This document shows positions 36,963 to 52,198 of a stretch of DNA of 64,000 nucleotides, one piece after another. A model generated the notes under the pieces. The model was not told where the DNA came from, did no database searches, and saw nothing but the letters and a program-made list of their open reading frames with translations. Origin of the DNA: Chrysomallon squamiferum. Lineage: Eukaryota; Animalia; Mollusca. The stretch is from NCBI GenBank assembly GCA_012295275.1, contig CM022672.1, positions 19,406,001 to 19,470,000 on the forward strand, read 5' to 3'. Numbering within the stretch: position 1 is the first letter of the stretch; every line of letters starts with the position of its first letter. A program made the position numbers and the translations under genes.

Positions 36963-37403
36963 GTTTCAAATGGTCAGCCTCCAAGACAGACAGACAGACT
37001 GGCTGTCAATGCTGAGAGATGAGCACAGCTTTACACGCCTTGTTGCTAAATCAACAAGCTTCATTTATTATCAGTGTACCTCTGCAACCTGTCAGCTCAC
37101 CTTTCCACCTTTAACACCTTCATTTATAAATTTTAACAATCTCCCGAGCATAAACACTGACAGCTTGAGGTATTTTCCAGAACCACTGATGGTAACTGGC
37201 TGATAATGGAAGCCGGTGCAAGAACCATTAATAAGAGAAGAAAATGTCCAGTGAGTTTGTTAGGTTGCTTTGTCTCTGTCTGTGTGTGTGTGTGTGTGTG
37301 TGTGCGTAGGTGCAGAAGGTGTGTCTAACAGGTTTTTTTTTTTTTTGTTGAATATCAATGAAATAATTATGTAATGGAAAAACAAGCTCCACAGCCTTGG
37401 AGA

Positions 37404-37524
37404 TTGTTTATTACAAAATATGCAGTCAGAGGTAAATCTGTTTCATCTTTGTTTGTTATAATCTTGTTTATTACGAAATATGTAGTCAGAAGTAAATCAG
37501 TTTTATCTTGGTTTGCTGTAATCT
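37404..37524. repeat. 60-bp tandem duplication
   Basis: ttgtttattac(a/g)aaatatg(c/t)agtcaga(g/a)gtaaatc... present twice. Confidence 0.85.
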
Positions 37525-37851
37525 AAAATATATGGCCTTTCAGAAAGAGGATAGCTCTTTCTCTCTCTTTCATGTAAAAATTAACTTTAGAGTAAAAGAA
37601 TACAAAAATTGAGCATTTGCTTTATGAAGGTTCAAATCTAGATTTTCACATCTGCAAACCATACTTCTTGGTTTAGATTGTTTAATGTCATAATATGTGC
37701 TGCCATTTTTATTCCTAAATACAATCAACATTTCTCGTAAACAGCATTTGCATATTCACTATTATAAAATATACATCAAACAAAATCTGCCAGAATTTTG
37801 AATGACAAAATAAAAAAAAGTAATGATTAATTCCAAATCAGTTTTAAGGAG

Positions 37852-37886
<35 letters not shown>

Positions 37887-38201
37887 GAATAAAACCACAA
37901 AAGCCAGAACATAATTTTTATGAGACTGAAAAAAAAAAAGCCTGGAGGCAAGTCTGTTGGAGAGAAAAGTACTAGGTGCCTGAAGAAAGCTGGTGAGACA
38001 GGAGATGGAGAGATAAGGAGCCAATGTTTCTCTTCATCCCATCAGCAGGGGATCAACCAATTATGATAGTAGATGGCAGAATAACACATAAACAAAAGAT
38101 CTTTGCATGCTTCAAGAACAGTGTGACCCACTGTAACAAAACGAAACAGTTTTCAAGGCTTGTTTAATCATCTCCTCTTTCCACTGCTTCTCTGTGTGTG
38201 G

Positions 38202-38233
<32 letters not shown>

Positions 38234-38852
38234 CTGTTTATCTGTTTATCTGTTTATCTGTTTATCTGTGTATGCATGTATGTATGTATGTATGTGTGTA
38301 TATATGTACATGTGTGTGTGTGTGTGTGTTTGAATGTGTATGTGTTTGAATATGTGTATGGTCTCTAGGTGTTTATTTGTCTAAATTTATAAACATCCTT
38401 GGTATGTGCTGTTCTGTCAACTAGAAGCTGCATGTAAAGGATTTCTTTGTCAATAATTAATAACAGATGACACTAAAGTATTGAGAGCTGGTTTCCTACT
38501 TCTGATAACATACACATTACATTAAACAAATTTTAATTTCTTCATAAAGTGAAAAATTCCACACGAATTCAATTCACACAGTCTGCAAATCATTCAGGTA
38601 ACAAATGCTACATGTTTGAACAACACTAAAATCATAACTGATGTTTACTGCCTGGATGTTTTATTTTAAAAACATTTTTTTACCCAAATCCACCGATTCT
38701 CTTTTGTTGTTTGTTCATGATGAAAAAACACCAAAATTCTTTATATTCAAAAGGTTATCAGCAAGAAACAAGAGTGCACTTGAAAACACTGGAAATATCA
38801 ATGCTGATAAAGTAACCATGGATTACAGCAGTGAATTTAAATTAACACAAAC

Positions 38853-38961
38853 CTTTTTGTATGCTTTGAAGACGTTGCACTTGAAGACGTTGGTAGGACC
38901 GTCACGGGCTATGTAGCTCCAGATCTTCAGGTCCTGGGAGTCGTGAGAAACGTAAAATACC
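38853..38961 (-). CDS. NOS1AP: NOS1AP/CAPON-like exon (PTB domain)
   Basis: (R)[36 protein letters not shown]; 109 nt, phase 2/0. Confidence 0.95.
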
Positions 38962-39569
38962 CTGAAACAATAAACACAATGATTAGAAAATTAAGGATGA
39001 ATTTTTTTTTTTTTTTTTTTTTAGAATTATTTTTTATTTTTAAAATTTCTGATTTCATTTTGGTGTGAAACAAATCTTACTAATGTGTTTATTGAGTAAT
39101 ATTTGCATCAATTTCAATTTTAGCCAAATTACAGTTAGTTTGTATTAATTCCATTTCATGTGTTGCTTTAAATAAAGCTTTACTAATTTTAGTTATCTTA
39201 TAAATAATAATTAAATAACTGAAAATGTAACCAAACCAACTGATATGTTTGCTATCTCTTACTACTACAAAAAGAGTAACCAACATTTTCATTGCAGACA
39301 ATGGTTTCTGGTATATTTATCTTCCTTATAAACATACAGATATAGACAAACACACACAAATTAAAATGTCTAAAGATAATATGAAACTGCAAAAGAAATT
39401 CCTCAAAAATGTTCTTTAAAAAAATGAAACTGTTAAAAATAACAACACTTATGTTTGTGCCAGACATGCTGTTCCAGAGTAACTGAATGAATAAATAATT
39501 ACAACAGGTTACAAACATTTATCTCATTTCACAAAAACACAGGTCTGTTGTAGAAACATAACTGTTGAA

Positions 39570-39730
39570 ATGTTGGCTATTTCCCATACCAACCTAGCAT
39601 ACCCTATTCTAGTATATTAAAGACAGTGTTTTATGTTATTTTACTGTCTATGGGAAAGCACATTAAAAAGATCATTTGCTTCTATTAGCACATGAAGTCA
39701 ATGGAGAGGGTTTTTCTCTTTCTTAATTAT
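39570..39730 (+). mobile_element. Degenerate tRNA-derived SINE copy
   Basis: ggctatttccc...aaagacagtgttttatg...ctgtctatgggaaagcacattaaaaagatcatttgcttcta, the same core as the other two copies. Confidence 0.5.
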
Positions 39731-41098
39731 TATTTTTAAAAAAAATCAGATTTGATATTTACTAACCATTATTTTAAAACACAAGTATATTAATGAATTC
39801 ATTTAAGAAACATAGAAAGGGATATCCAATATTGCATGTTATTTTGATCTTCTGTATTATTGTCCTCAGATCTTGAATTCAGATCAATGAAGATCTTTGC
39901 TGTAATGTATTCTGGACTGAATAAAGCCTTTTAAGGATTTAGTCATTTTGGTTTAATCTAGATCCAGTTTAGCTATGCTTTCAAATAATAAAGAAAGCTA
40001 AGTCCAACAGTCTTTGTAATGTTTGTAAGATAATGAAAAATGGAAACAGAAAAATACTTCCTTAAAAACTGATTTCTTTCATTCATGAAATTTTTATTCT
40101 AAATCTTTGGAAATATCTTAACTCTCTTTGTCATTTTAGAATTTTTATTTTGAGAAAATGAAACCAAGAAATGAAATAAATTAAGTAAGAAAATACTGAT
40201 AAAACAATAATTAATAAAACAAAACAAGGAAAAGTAATAATAACAACAATAACAGATAAAAATAAAAATTATAAAATAACAATAACAATAACAATAATAA
40301 TAATAAAAGAAAACAAACAAACAAATATAATAATAATAATAAAAAAAAAAAAAAAAATAGCTGAAGAAAATGGACTTTTATGGCAAGTTCATACTGTGAA
40401 TTTTTAAATCTTATTTCCTTCAGCTTCGGGCATTTAACATTTATGTCATCTTTCCCACCTTAAAAACGTGGCTGTGCAATATTTTACAAATTAGTTTAGT
40501 CCGTTTTGTGTGCCAGTGTGTCATAAAGCAAGAAAGCAACTGTCAGTTCAGAACTGAGAACATTTACGATCACAGTGAACTTGAGTTACAAATTAAATCT
40601 AAAGGTTGTGCCACACACAGTAAGACCAACATATTCAACAATAATTAAATACCTTAAGACTGTTTATGTCAAATACAATGTCAGATAATTATTCAGCTTA
40701 GATGTGTCGTTCAATCACTCCCCACATCAAAAAAAAAAAAAAAAAAAATAAAAAAATATAAATTAAAAAAAATCTTTAAATTACACACTGCTAATAGGAT
40801 TTCCAACAAGAACTGTTCAATATGTTCATGACAATTTCTCTTTCAAATAATGAACAAAAAAAAAAAAACCTCATTGAAATTCTGTAATTAAAGATTTCTC
40901 TTTTTTTTTTTCAGTGATCTTGTTAGATTTTTTTTTTTTTCTTTAGAGAAAGGAAAGCAATAAAAGAAATAAAAGGGAAGTAGTTAAAATTTTCAAGAAA
41001 ATAAAATCAGGTGACCTTTAAATTGTGAACAGCTTGAAAAACTGCCATTCAGTTACTAATAAAAGTTGTCAAGAAATTATGCTTATACACACATACGT

Positions 41099-41131
<33 letters not shown>

Positions 41132-41636
41132 ATATCAGTAATATCAAATCTAAGCAAAACTTCTGAATTTAATTTCTCAAAGTATGGATCATTTTAGCTC
41201 TGACAAAAAAAAAAAAAAAAAAAAAAAAGATTTAAACAAAATGGGTCAGTTTCTTAATTTATTTTAAACTCAGAACATAAACTGCAGAAATAAATAAAAA
41301 AATCTGTTTACAAATGGTTTGCCGATAATGTAAATGAAAGCAGTTAGTAAAGTATGCACAAGTTGTATTGATTTTGTAACTACCTCTTGACACAACTCAA
41401 ACTGCTACTGGTAATTGTTCTATCTGCAAATAGTCCACTTCTTAAATGCTTTTAACACACACGCAATAAATATTATATTATAACTAAAATAATTTTATTA
41501 TTTAAAAAAAAAAAAAACATTTTATTTTATTAGCAGATATATCTGTTCAGGAAGATCCTAATGTATTTGAAAAAAAAAAAAGTTGTCCATGTAGTCTGTT
41601 CAGTGAAATTCTATGAAAGAGTATCCTTCGAATTAC

Positions 41637-41674
<38 letters not shown>

Positions 41675-43303
41675 GGTAGGATGACATAAAATCCATAGAT
41701 AATAGATTCTTCAAACCTGCAAAGTGCAATAAATCTCTCTTCTGTTAGATAGATACTTGATCCAAAATCATGATATGCAGCTAAAATAATAACAAGAGTG
41801 TAATAGATATTAAACTGCAGGACTGACAAATGTGAATGGTATGGTCCCACTGCTGGTATCAGTTTATCAGTAAGTCTGCTGATTTGTACACAGATAATCA
41901 CCAAACAAAACGCAGAAAAAAAGGGGTAAAACCAAGGTAACATCACAAGAAAGAAAAGAAAAATAATTTTAATGATGCTAGAAAAGAAATTAATATGTGG
42001 AAGTGCATTTACAAGAAGGAAATAGCTATATGAGTCCAAATGGTTTTTCACAGACTGATGCTTGTAAAATGGGAATTAATAATAATAATGATGATGATGA
42101 TTACGATGATGATAATGATAATGATGATAAGAATAGCAAGAAGAAGAAGATGATGATAAAGTCCACACAAGCAGACTATACTGTATCTAAGATTTCCAAG
42201 CCCCTGAATTTCAATTAAAGGGTGTAGAAATTAGTACAAAGATCAGATACCAAAGATGTATTACAATGAGGGATAGCCAGAGACCTTATTTTAGTTTAGT
42301 TTTTTTAAAATCTGACACACAAGTACCAGTCTCAAGTAGATTCAAGCTTGAGGAATAAAGATCTGTGTCTGAACTCCAGCTGTATATTCTCATCTTGTTA
42401 CATAAAGGACCTAACGCCTGACTGGTCTGCTTTCCATTCAGGTTTCTTGGTAATTGATCAGTTGGCATGTGATCAGAAAAATAAGGATTTCTGTAATCCA
42501 AAAATGGAATGTAAATTTTAAAAACTGATTACATTTTGGTTGGCTTGTTCTGTTTCATTGGACTGTTACAGTCCAAGACCACAGCATTTCAAAAGAAATT
42601 TTCATGCAATAGTCTTCTGTAAGTGAAATCTTTTTTAATAAAAATAAAAATAATGACCTGTTAATGGGGGTGAATGAGACTTTAGGAATAAGGACTCTAT
42701 TCAGAGAATATATGAGTCCAATTTGCATCAGAAATGACATGATTCTCTCTTGATACTTGATGAATTAGAAAGAGGAAGTCTGTTATAAATAGTACAAGGT
42801 ACTGAACTTTCAATACATATGCCATTCCATTTTTAATGCTTGCAAATGCTGGAAACAATTACCTAGCTTTGTAATTTGAACCTGCCCACTGAATCTTTTC
42901 CCAGAAGAGTCATATAAAATATAATTTATTAGATTTCTTGGCAAACAGAATGACAGTAAAAATGTTTTCTCACTGTTATATCTCGTTCTATTGCTTCTAA
43001 CAGCACAATATATGGTTATAAACAAGCACATTAAGATGTACTGATTTCATTAAATGCTTCATGCCATACTCATGAATATGATAAATCGAGATAAAGTGAT
43101 GTTTAAATAACTGAATATAATGCAAATGGACTGAGTGACGTTTAAATAAATGAATATTCCATTTGTGTTTTTCCAATGTGACTAAAACAAACAGTACAGA
43201 GCAGGGGAATATAATGAATGATCATCTGTCAGTTGAGTAAACACAAAACAGACTGAACAGAATAGAAAAAACTAACAAAAACCATTATTGACTATTATGA
43301 AAA

Positions 43304-43334
<31 letters not shown>

Positions 43335-44417
43335 GGCTGCTGCTGGAAAATAAAGCAGTTAGTATAAAACAATTACACTGTTAAACCAAAATAAAGGCAA
43401 ACTGAAAAATAAATGTGTAACATTCTGAGTCAATATCACATTTATTGCATGTTTCAAAGTGTTATAACATGTATTTTTAAAATTGTACATACTTTTTTTA
43501 AATAATAATAATTAGAATAAATATTATTATTGTTTTTGTTGTTGTTGTTATTTAAAAAAATAAATAATCACAAATATTATTTTCTTGAAATGAGAACAAG
43601 ATTTGTAACAAATGGGAGAATACCAAATTAAGATTAATATGAAAATCTTTTGTTCTATTGTGTGTAGCTGCAAGATATTAAAACATAATCCTCTGGCTAT
43701 AAGAAACTGATAAATATTCCTGACAGAAAAACAATGTATTGTTACCATTTAATCAGTTTCAGATTTAAAATACCTTTTCACCTGCAGGGAAAAAAAAAAA
43801 AAAATTAATATGTAAAAAAAATAATAATAATAAATAAATGAGATAATAATAAAAAAAATAAAAAAATAGTTTATGGAAGTAAACTGTATTATGAAAAGAT
43901 AATCAATAAAAACAAAACAAAAACAACAAACACATTTTGCTTGTTTTGTTTATTAATACTTCTTTGATTTTTCTTCTTTAAGAATTGAAAAAACAAGCCA
44001 ACGAAACAGAAATCATGTTTCTGACTTTATTCTCAAGTGATCAATGGCATCAACAATCTGGATCTATGTTTACCGATAATCTCCTGACTGTAACTGGCAC
44101 ATTAGACATCTTCATTTCCACTAATGAAATTTAAAATGTCCGACCAACACCTAATTTGCACGGGGTATCTAATTTTCCTGGGAGTACACCATGTCCTTCC
44201 TGTGATGTGACTTGTCAAACTTCGTTTACAAGTCGCAATGAAGCCAATCAGAGTGGTCAATTACCCACAAAACCCAGGGGCTCATGGCCAGTTTGGAAGA
44301 CTGGACAAGCGACTGATTTGTCCAGCCAATTATTGTCCAAGATTTGCCAACCTTGCCTGCTGGCAGTCTTTCTACACTGACAAGATCTGGTCAGTGGGGT
44401 TATTAAAGGTCAATAAA

Positions 44418-44742
44418 AAAAATAAAAAGGAAATTATTTCACTTTAATATTAATTTCAATAATAATTGTTATATCTATATAAAATTGTTTATGTATTGCA
44501 ATTATCTTAAATATATTAATTGTATAAAAAGAGATAATTTAGGAACAAAACATTTTATTTAGTCATTATATATTAATCCAAAAATAAAAAGGAAATTATT
44601 TCACTTTAATATTAATTTCAATAATAATTGTTATATCTATATAAAACTTGTTTATGTATTGCAATTATCTTAAATATATTAATTGTATAAAAAGAGATAA
44701 TTTAGGAACAAAACATTTTATTTAGTCATTATTTATTAATCC
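44418..44742. repeat. ~162-bp near-perfect tandem duplication
   Basis: aaaataaaaaggaaattatttcactttaat...ttagtcattat(a/t)tattaatcc present twice, with few differences. Confidence 0.92.
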
Positions 44743-46080
44743 TTTTTTTCATTACTGAATTGTTAAAAATAGAAACATGTTATTATGAAAATATATCCTT
44801 GAGCAGATCCCCAAAATAAGCTTCTGATCCAACTATGACTGAAATGAAACTGTAAACATTGTCGTAATAGTTACTAATTGCAAATGTAACACTTACTCTT
44901 TACCATATTTCTCATTTTAACATACAATTAAACACTGGTCAAGTAATTAATACTACCTACTTAAATGTAGATAAGCAGTTCAAAAAAAATTAGCCTCAGA
45001 TTTCCAGTGATTAATTTACAGACTACTAAGACCTAAGGTATTCTGAAGAAATTATTTTCAATTTGTGGTCATTAAACAAAACTAATATTTTTTCATTGAT
45101 TTTAAGATGTTGTTCCTAAATATCTAATCAGTGGAAAACATTTTCTAGAAGAACCATTTCATTTGGTACAGTTTAAACAAAATCAAACTCATTGATGAAC
45201 ATTTTTATCTTAAAAGTTTTCCTTGCAAGTTTGGAGAATCGGTGTTAAGAGCACTCAAAGGATAACACTGCAAGTGATTCTCTGGAAGACCAAGAACTGC
45301 AGTGGTGATCTGAGTCACTTCAGCAGGGCAGACTTGAGTTCTCAAATCAAAAACAAATAGGTGATTCAATTCATACAATCAGTCCTGTAAGCACTCAGGC
45401 TAAAACAAGAGACAAATCTGTTTGTTCTTTGATTCTGCAGTGGAAAATCATTCATACATCAATTTAAGATCGTGAATTGTTGGACTCACTTAATTGTCTT
45501 GCAGAATGGTTAACAAATCTGTATGTAACGTTGTTGCTCAATAATGGTATATAAGCAAGAATTTGTGACTGGAATTTCAAACATTACAGATCAATAGTTC
45601 AAAACTTTTAAGTCGGATGAGGATGTGCACAGTTATGTGCCAATAAATGATTATGTAAATTCAGTTATGATCAGGATTTCAAATTAGCAGGAACCATCTA
45701 GACAGTAATAAGTATATAAACAAAATTTTCCCAAATCTTATTAATAATCTGAAGGGTGAAATATTTATTTTGATGTTCCAGGTCACTAAAAGCAAATTGC
45801 TTAAAGGAACATAATGATAAGTGTATTAACAAGGAAACAAACATCCCCATAAATTGCATGTACTAATATAGATGATGGCCTTTTTTAAATTTAATTTTTT
45901 TATTTAAAGCTTTTTTGAGATTAAAACACTTACTTTAGTACACTTCCATTAACAGTTCTGATCAAGAAAATAATTATCTATATTCTTAGAAACTTTGCAC
46001 ATACCATTAGGAATTTTATTAACCACAAAATCTCATAATGTGTATTTGAAAGAGATGTATTATTATTATTATCATTGATC

Positions 46081-46129
<49 letters not shown>

Positions 46130-46377
46130 GTTATTATTGTTATTATGATTGTTATTATTATAGGCTGACAGACATTTCATCTGCTCAAACCATGTACATC
46201 ATAAACGAACACATACAGTTAACAATGGAATGACACCTAATGCTAGGTTTAATAATCCAGAAACTAAACAACAGATATTATGTATCAAGGTTACACCAAG
46301 ATAATTAAAAAAAAGTAACTGCAGTCAGCATATGTGAATAATTTTCAATCAGTAACAACACCACACACAGGACCTAC

Positions 46378-46436
46378 CTGTAGATAGGGTGCTGCATCAC
46401 AAGAAGTCGACTTTCATCAAATGTCCACTGACTTTT
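46378..46436 (-). CDS. NOS1AP: NOS1AP/CAPON-like exon (PTB domain)
   Basis: KSQWTFDESRLLVMQHPIY(R); 59 nt, AG/GTAGGT boundaries. Confidence 0.93.
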
Positions 46437-47559
46437 CTGTAAGAGAAAACTTACTATAATAATTAAAAGCACTCATTAAGTTACACACCAAGAAAAAAAG
46501 AGAAAAATTAAAGTAATAAAAATAATGAATTAAATAAAGAAGAATAATAAAATAAAATATCAACTGTCATAAAAAAAATATAAAAATAATTTAAAAGAAA
46601 AAAATAATAATAATAAAATAAAATATCAATTGTAACACAGAAATATAAAAATAATTTTAAAAAATAATAATAATAATAAAATAAAATATCAACTGTCAAA
46701 AATAATAATAATAATATTAAAAATAATAATAAAATAATAATAATAAAACAACAAACAAACAAAACCCCCAAAACAACCAAAAAACTAATAAACTCCAAAA
46801 TAATTTAAAAATTTACATATCTTCATTAAAATTTTGCTTTATGATAAAAATGGAAACAAAGAAATATAAATGTAAAAAAAAAAAAAAAAAAAAAAAAAAA
46901 TGTAAAAGGGAATTCTCTCAGTGAACATGGAAACAAGAATTGATCCTGTGACCCATCACTCCAAAGTTCTAACCTCTGAACACTGAGGGTAGCCCGTCCT
47001 ATAAAACACTTAGTTAATATATGCCCATGTTTTATGTATCAGTACTGACATAACTGGTCCAGACTACAAAATATCTGTGAACATAATCAGTACTATCAGT
47101 AATAGTCATTTTCAACTAGCTGTTCTATATATTTTGCTGTTCATTATCTTCGGATGGTTGTTATTAGGAATCTGGTTTATGTACAGAGCCATCACAAGAA
47201 CCTATTATTTTTATATTTGTGATTTATGAACATTAGTAGATTAGTTTCGTGTACGCCAGATATACTGAATAATTCCAGCGTCTGTCAAATGACCTACAAA
47301 AAGTGTATTTAAATGAACGGCACAAAACAATTAGTGGTGGTTCTTAAAATATATACTATTGCAGAATTATAATATATAACTTTAAGTTGTCGGGTTTTTT
47401 TCTTCCCTTTTCTTAATTTTCCCTAAATTTCTGTGTTTTTTTTTTTTTTTTTTTTTTTTTTTCCCCCCCATTTTGCAATAAACAGCAATGAAATTCTAAT
47501 ATTTTGACTAGAGATATGTACGGTCTGTTTGTTAAAGGCCATTTACTTGATGTGTCAAA

Positions 47560-48370
47560 TCAGATGTTAACACACAGAACAGAACAGCGACAAACTGTCA
47601 ACTCAATAATGTTTTCATAATGAGTCTGACAGGACTTGTTCACATTTTCTGCACTGACCATTGATTCTCTTGTGGGGTAGGCAGAATTGATGCTTGCCTA
47701 TAATTACGTCTATTGATACTGATTGAGCCTGCGTTGCTCTTTCATGTGCTGTTTCCACAAAGTGGATTGAAAACTGCGACGTAATGGTCTGGAATGGGTT
47801 TAGCGTACCAATCTGATAGGTCTCAAACGTGTTGTCATCCATCTTGCCCAGCCTGTTTTAACCGCGTGTGAAGAGTACCGCAATCAGCACCCATTCAGAC
47901 GTACTGCATCAACGGTGTTGTATTCTTTGAAGCTGATGTACGTTGCGAAGCTTTCGCCAATAAATGTTTGTTACCATCAGGACTCTTTTTAATGTGTTTC
48001 CGAAAGATAACAATTATCAAAGCATGTGCCTTTCAGCATGGCCAGATTATGATATGCGAAATGGCACTTGCTGTCAGATCTGAATAGAAGAAGAGTTTAT
48101 CCAGTGTTTACACTGCTTTCAGCGTTCACAATCTATCAATGGTGAATTCAATATATCTGTGCATTAGTGTAAACGTGATTAATTTTTATTTCACTCCCAA
48201 AGGACTGGGCTTTGAAAGCAGTGAATTTACTGAAGCACCGATGCACATAATGCACTGTAGTGAAAACAACATTCAGATTATTGCAAAACAGTTGCTTACA
48301 CGATTCTATGCATGAGATGGGGTAAACCAATTCGGTGTTATTGTCTTTGACATTCTGTACCATTTCTAAA
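47560..48370 (-). mobile_element. Possible highly decayed transposon ORF remnant
   Basis: CpG-richer island in an AT-rich intron; broken ORF with a VHRCFSKFTA motif reminiscent of DNA-transposon zinc-finger ORFs. Family not identifiable. Confidence 0.25.
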
Positions 48371-50000
48371 AATTGATTTTGCTGTAATTTGGATTTTTAC
48401 ACATGTTTTTGTTTATTATTATTATACAAAACAGAAAAAAGAAAAAGACACAGTTGTGAAAGAATTTGGCCATTGATGTTATTATTTATTTATTTAATTT
48501 GATGCAGATTGAACTTGTAAAACAACATTGATATTTTAATGTTCAGAAAATTAAAATAATAATAAATTACCAATATTATTATACACTGGAAATTGAAGCC
48601 ACCATAATAATAATAATAAAAATAAAAAAATATAATAATAGTCAAAAATAAAAGTAAACAAAAGGCACATTTTCATATTAGAAAGCCTTTTTTTTTTTAT
48701 ATACCTTGATTTTTAGAATCTTGAAAATGTTCCTAAATTATGATGCACACATATTTATTTACCTTTGAACACAATTTTTTTTTAATTTAATTTTGTTTGT
48801 GTCATGTAACCAAATCTAATGCTATAGATATCTTCTTCTACATATTATACAAATTAATTTATATCCATCAGAATTTGTGTTTTTTTTCTTAAATTATTTT
48901 TTTTATTTCTTCGGTCTTTTCAATGTATTCAACATATGTCCATCAAAAAGATTCTCTTTCCTGTTTTCTTTTTGTACAATTAAATGTTATTTCAGTAGCT
49001 TTTTTCAACAGGAGATGAGAAAAAAAAAAGAAAAGATGTTGAGAAAATAGCAAATTGAAAAAACTGAGAAAATAAAGTTGGAACTCAATATCTGCAAGGC
49101 ATCATTATTTGTTTTCTTCTTTCTGAAAAAACCTTTTTGTTGTTCATGTGAATGGATGGTAGAATCTATTTCCTCCAGGCACAATAATTAATACAATGCC
49201 CAAAGGCCATGAAAAGAAAAAGCAAAGAGAAAAAAGAAACATTTTAAAAAATATTTTCTCTGAACCCATTTATTTTAGTGAACAAATAATTTACATTTTG
49301 TTCAATTAGTTTAATGAAGCTTATGGTGGAATGAAGATCTTGAAAGAATCTTTGTAAAAAAAAAAAAAAAAGTTTGCATAAACATCATTAAGGAATAGGC
49401 CAATAATAATATTTTTTCTTTTCCCTTTTTAAAAAAAAAAATTAAAAATTAAAAAACAAAAGCTCCCACTGTAGCTGTAATTTCACTGTATTTAAATAAA
49501 AGAAGTTTTAAACTTTAGTATCCCAAAAGATATAAATTAGGTATGAGTTAAAACAAGTATAAAATATTTTTCTGTCCAATAAATAAATAAATAAATAAAT
49601 AAAAATAATAACAATAATAATAATAATAATAACAATAATGGTAATAATGAAAACAATTAACATATTTTATTTTTTTTCTTCAAATCAATAAGATTATGAC
49701 ACTTTTAACCCTGATTATGAAAACAAAAAAAAATAGTTTTTTTTTTTATAATTTTTTTTTTTTTTACAGTTGACTAGCATAACATAGATTCAGCATTTGA
49801 TGTTTATTCCATCTAATTAATCTACAATAAATAACACAAATATCAGGACACTTTAACAGAATATCAATACTACAGTTTTATATTTCACAAACACAGATTA
49901 TTTTTTATTTTTTCCCCCAACCTCCATTAGTCAGGTATTCTAGGGAACAGAATGTAACAAAACACTGATGCAATTTCCAGGTAATTTCCTTATTTCTCAC

Positions 50001-50093
50001 CTGCTTTTTTCTCCTTAACACCACTTTGACCCCATCGGCTGACACAGTGATAATTACTTTCTTCTTTTTAATTGCTTTTGCCTTAAACTCATA
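50001..50093 (-). CDS. NOS1AP: NOS1AP/CAPON-like exon (PTB domain)
   Basis: [31 protein letters not shown]; 93 nt, AG/GTGAGA boundaries. Confidence 0.95.
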
Positions 50094-50355
50094 CTGAAAA
50101 AGAGAGATAAATATATTTAAAAAAAAAAAAAAAAAAAAAAAGGTTTTTATTGCTTTTCTTTAAAGAATCTTTTACTATGTTCTATATAATGTTTTTTTTA
50201 TTATTATTTTTTTTTTTTTGTGTATTTTTTTATCTTTTTTGGGGGGCTTCAGAGGACAGATCCATAAAACAGATCCATAAAAATAATTATTCTTGGTGTT
50301 TTTCTTCTGTTTTTTTTTTTTATATATAATTTTATTACTTTTTTGTTTCTTTCCT

Positions 50356-50412
<57 letters not shown>

Positions 50413-51832
50413 AATTTTCTATTTATGTTTTAGATTTGGAAGAAACCATATTTTCCAGTGTTATAACTTTAATTTATTACATGCAAAAGCTGTGTTTATT
50501 TAGACAATACAAATTTTAGACACTGTCAGTGAAGAAGTTTCTATAAAATAAAATAAAAATAAAAATCAAACTCAAACAGTAAACTAACAATTACTAAACA
50601 TATCGTTTTTAAATTACTATTATTATTTTGCTGCTTATTTACTGCTGCCTATGGTGGAATTGTGATCAAACTCATTTTTGCTTTTCAATGATGTTCTTTT
50701 TTTCTATCTTTTTGTTTTTTAATTCTTTATTAAAAAAATATTCATAAATTCAGTTGCACAATGAAAAAAGATTTACCTTAAAATAATATAAATTAAATTA
50801 TTTATTAACTTGAAACCAAACAATAATAATAATAATCATAAAAACCAAATAAAATGATAACAAAAATAATAACAAGATACATTCTAAAAGTAACAACAAA
50901 AAATAATTCCAGAACCTACTGCCACAAACAAATATAACCATTTTTTTTTTTTTTTTTGGTCAGAAAGTGAATATAGGTGTCTGTTATCTACAGCTTTTGT
51001 TATCTCTGTACTCATTTCCTTTTCTCCAAAAAAAAAAAAAAAAAAAAAAAAGAAAAGAAAAAAATTTAAACCCGTATCTTTGGATAGAATCGTTTATCGT
51101 CTAGGTATGCAAACTTGATATGGTCATGAATCAAAGTGCAGACTGCTGTGCGGTAAATAGGAGACCAGCTACACAAACTTATCCCAGGTCCCATAACTCT
51201 CTCTACAATTTCTCTATGATTACACCAGCATAACAAGTTTGCCTGCTCAAATTTGGTTGCTCACTGACCCGGCCTGGTTCAAGTCATAAATCTTCAGCTT
51301 CGTGGACGATTTTGATGGAAATCGATGCAAAAAGAGACGAACAAATTAGGAAATAAATCAACATGGATATAAACGTGTGATATAAACTCACACTCCATTA
51401 ACTCATCTTCCACAATAAATCCACAAAATTGCTTAAAGATTTAGAAAGATTTGCCAAATTATGCCTATTAGCATCTGGGCCATAAAGCAAAGGAAAAAAA
51501 AAGGAGACTGTGCTGACCAAGGAGGCCAAAAAGGCAAGACGGTACAGCTATTTAATCAAATCTTGTGGACTGGTCCAGTCATACTGCTACCACTGCCCCC
51601 CAGCAAATACTCTCAGTAGATAAGGACTTGTGATCTTTGCGAAGAAATATTCATTGATTGCAATAAAAAAAAAATAACATGCATGGATGGCATCATTAAT
51701 GTCAGCATCAATATTTTGATGATCAGTGCTGTGTTTGATGGGACAATCTCATCAAGCGATGTTTACACAAAACCAAGAATGTGGAATACAGTTTTAGCTG
51801 CAGTATTTGTTTTTCTCTTTCGGTTTATAAAT

Positions 51833-51872
<40 letters not shown>

Positions 51873-52163
51873 GGTGGATCACTAAGTAATTTTTTTTTTA
51901 AATTTATAAATTTATTTTTGTAAATAAAATATTATTAAACTATTTCATTATTACATACATTTTCTGATAGCATTAGTTTTACAGAGTTTCACTGGAGTTT
52001 TTTTCTTTTTTTTTTTCTTTCTTTTTTTTTTTAGCAACATAAATATGTTATCAGTCCCAAACACCAAAACAGATATAAAATATCTTAATCTGGAAAACAT
52101 TTTGTTCCTAATTTTTTTTCAGTTCCTGCCACTGTTTTTCAAGAAATGTGCTAACAAACCTAA

Positions 52164-52198
<35 letters not shown>

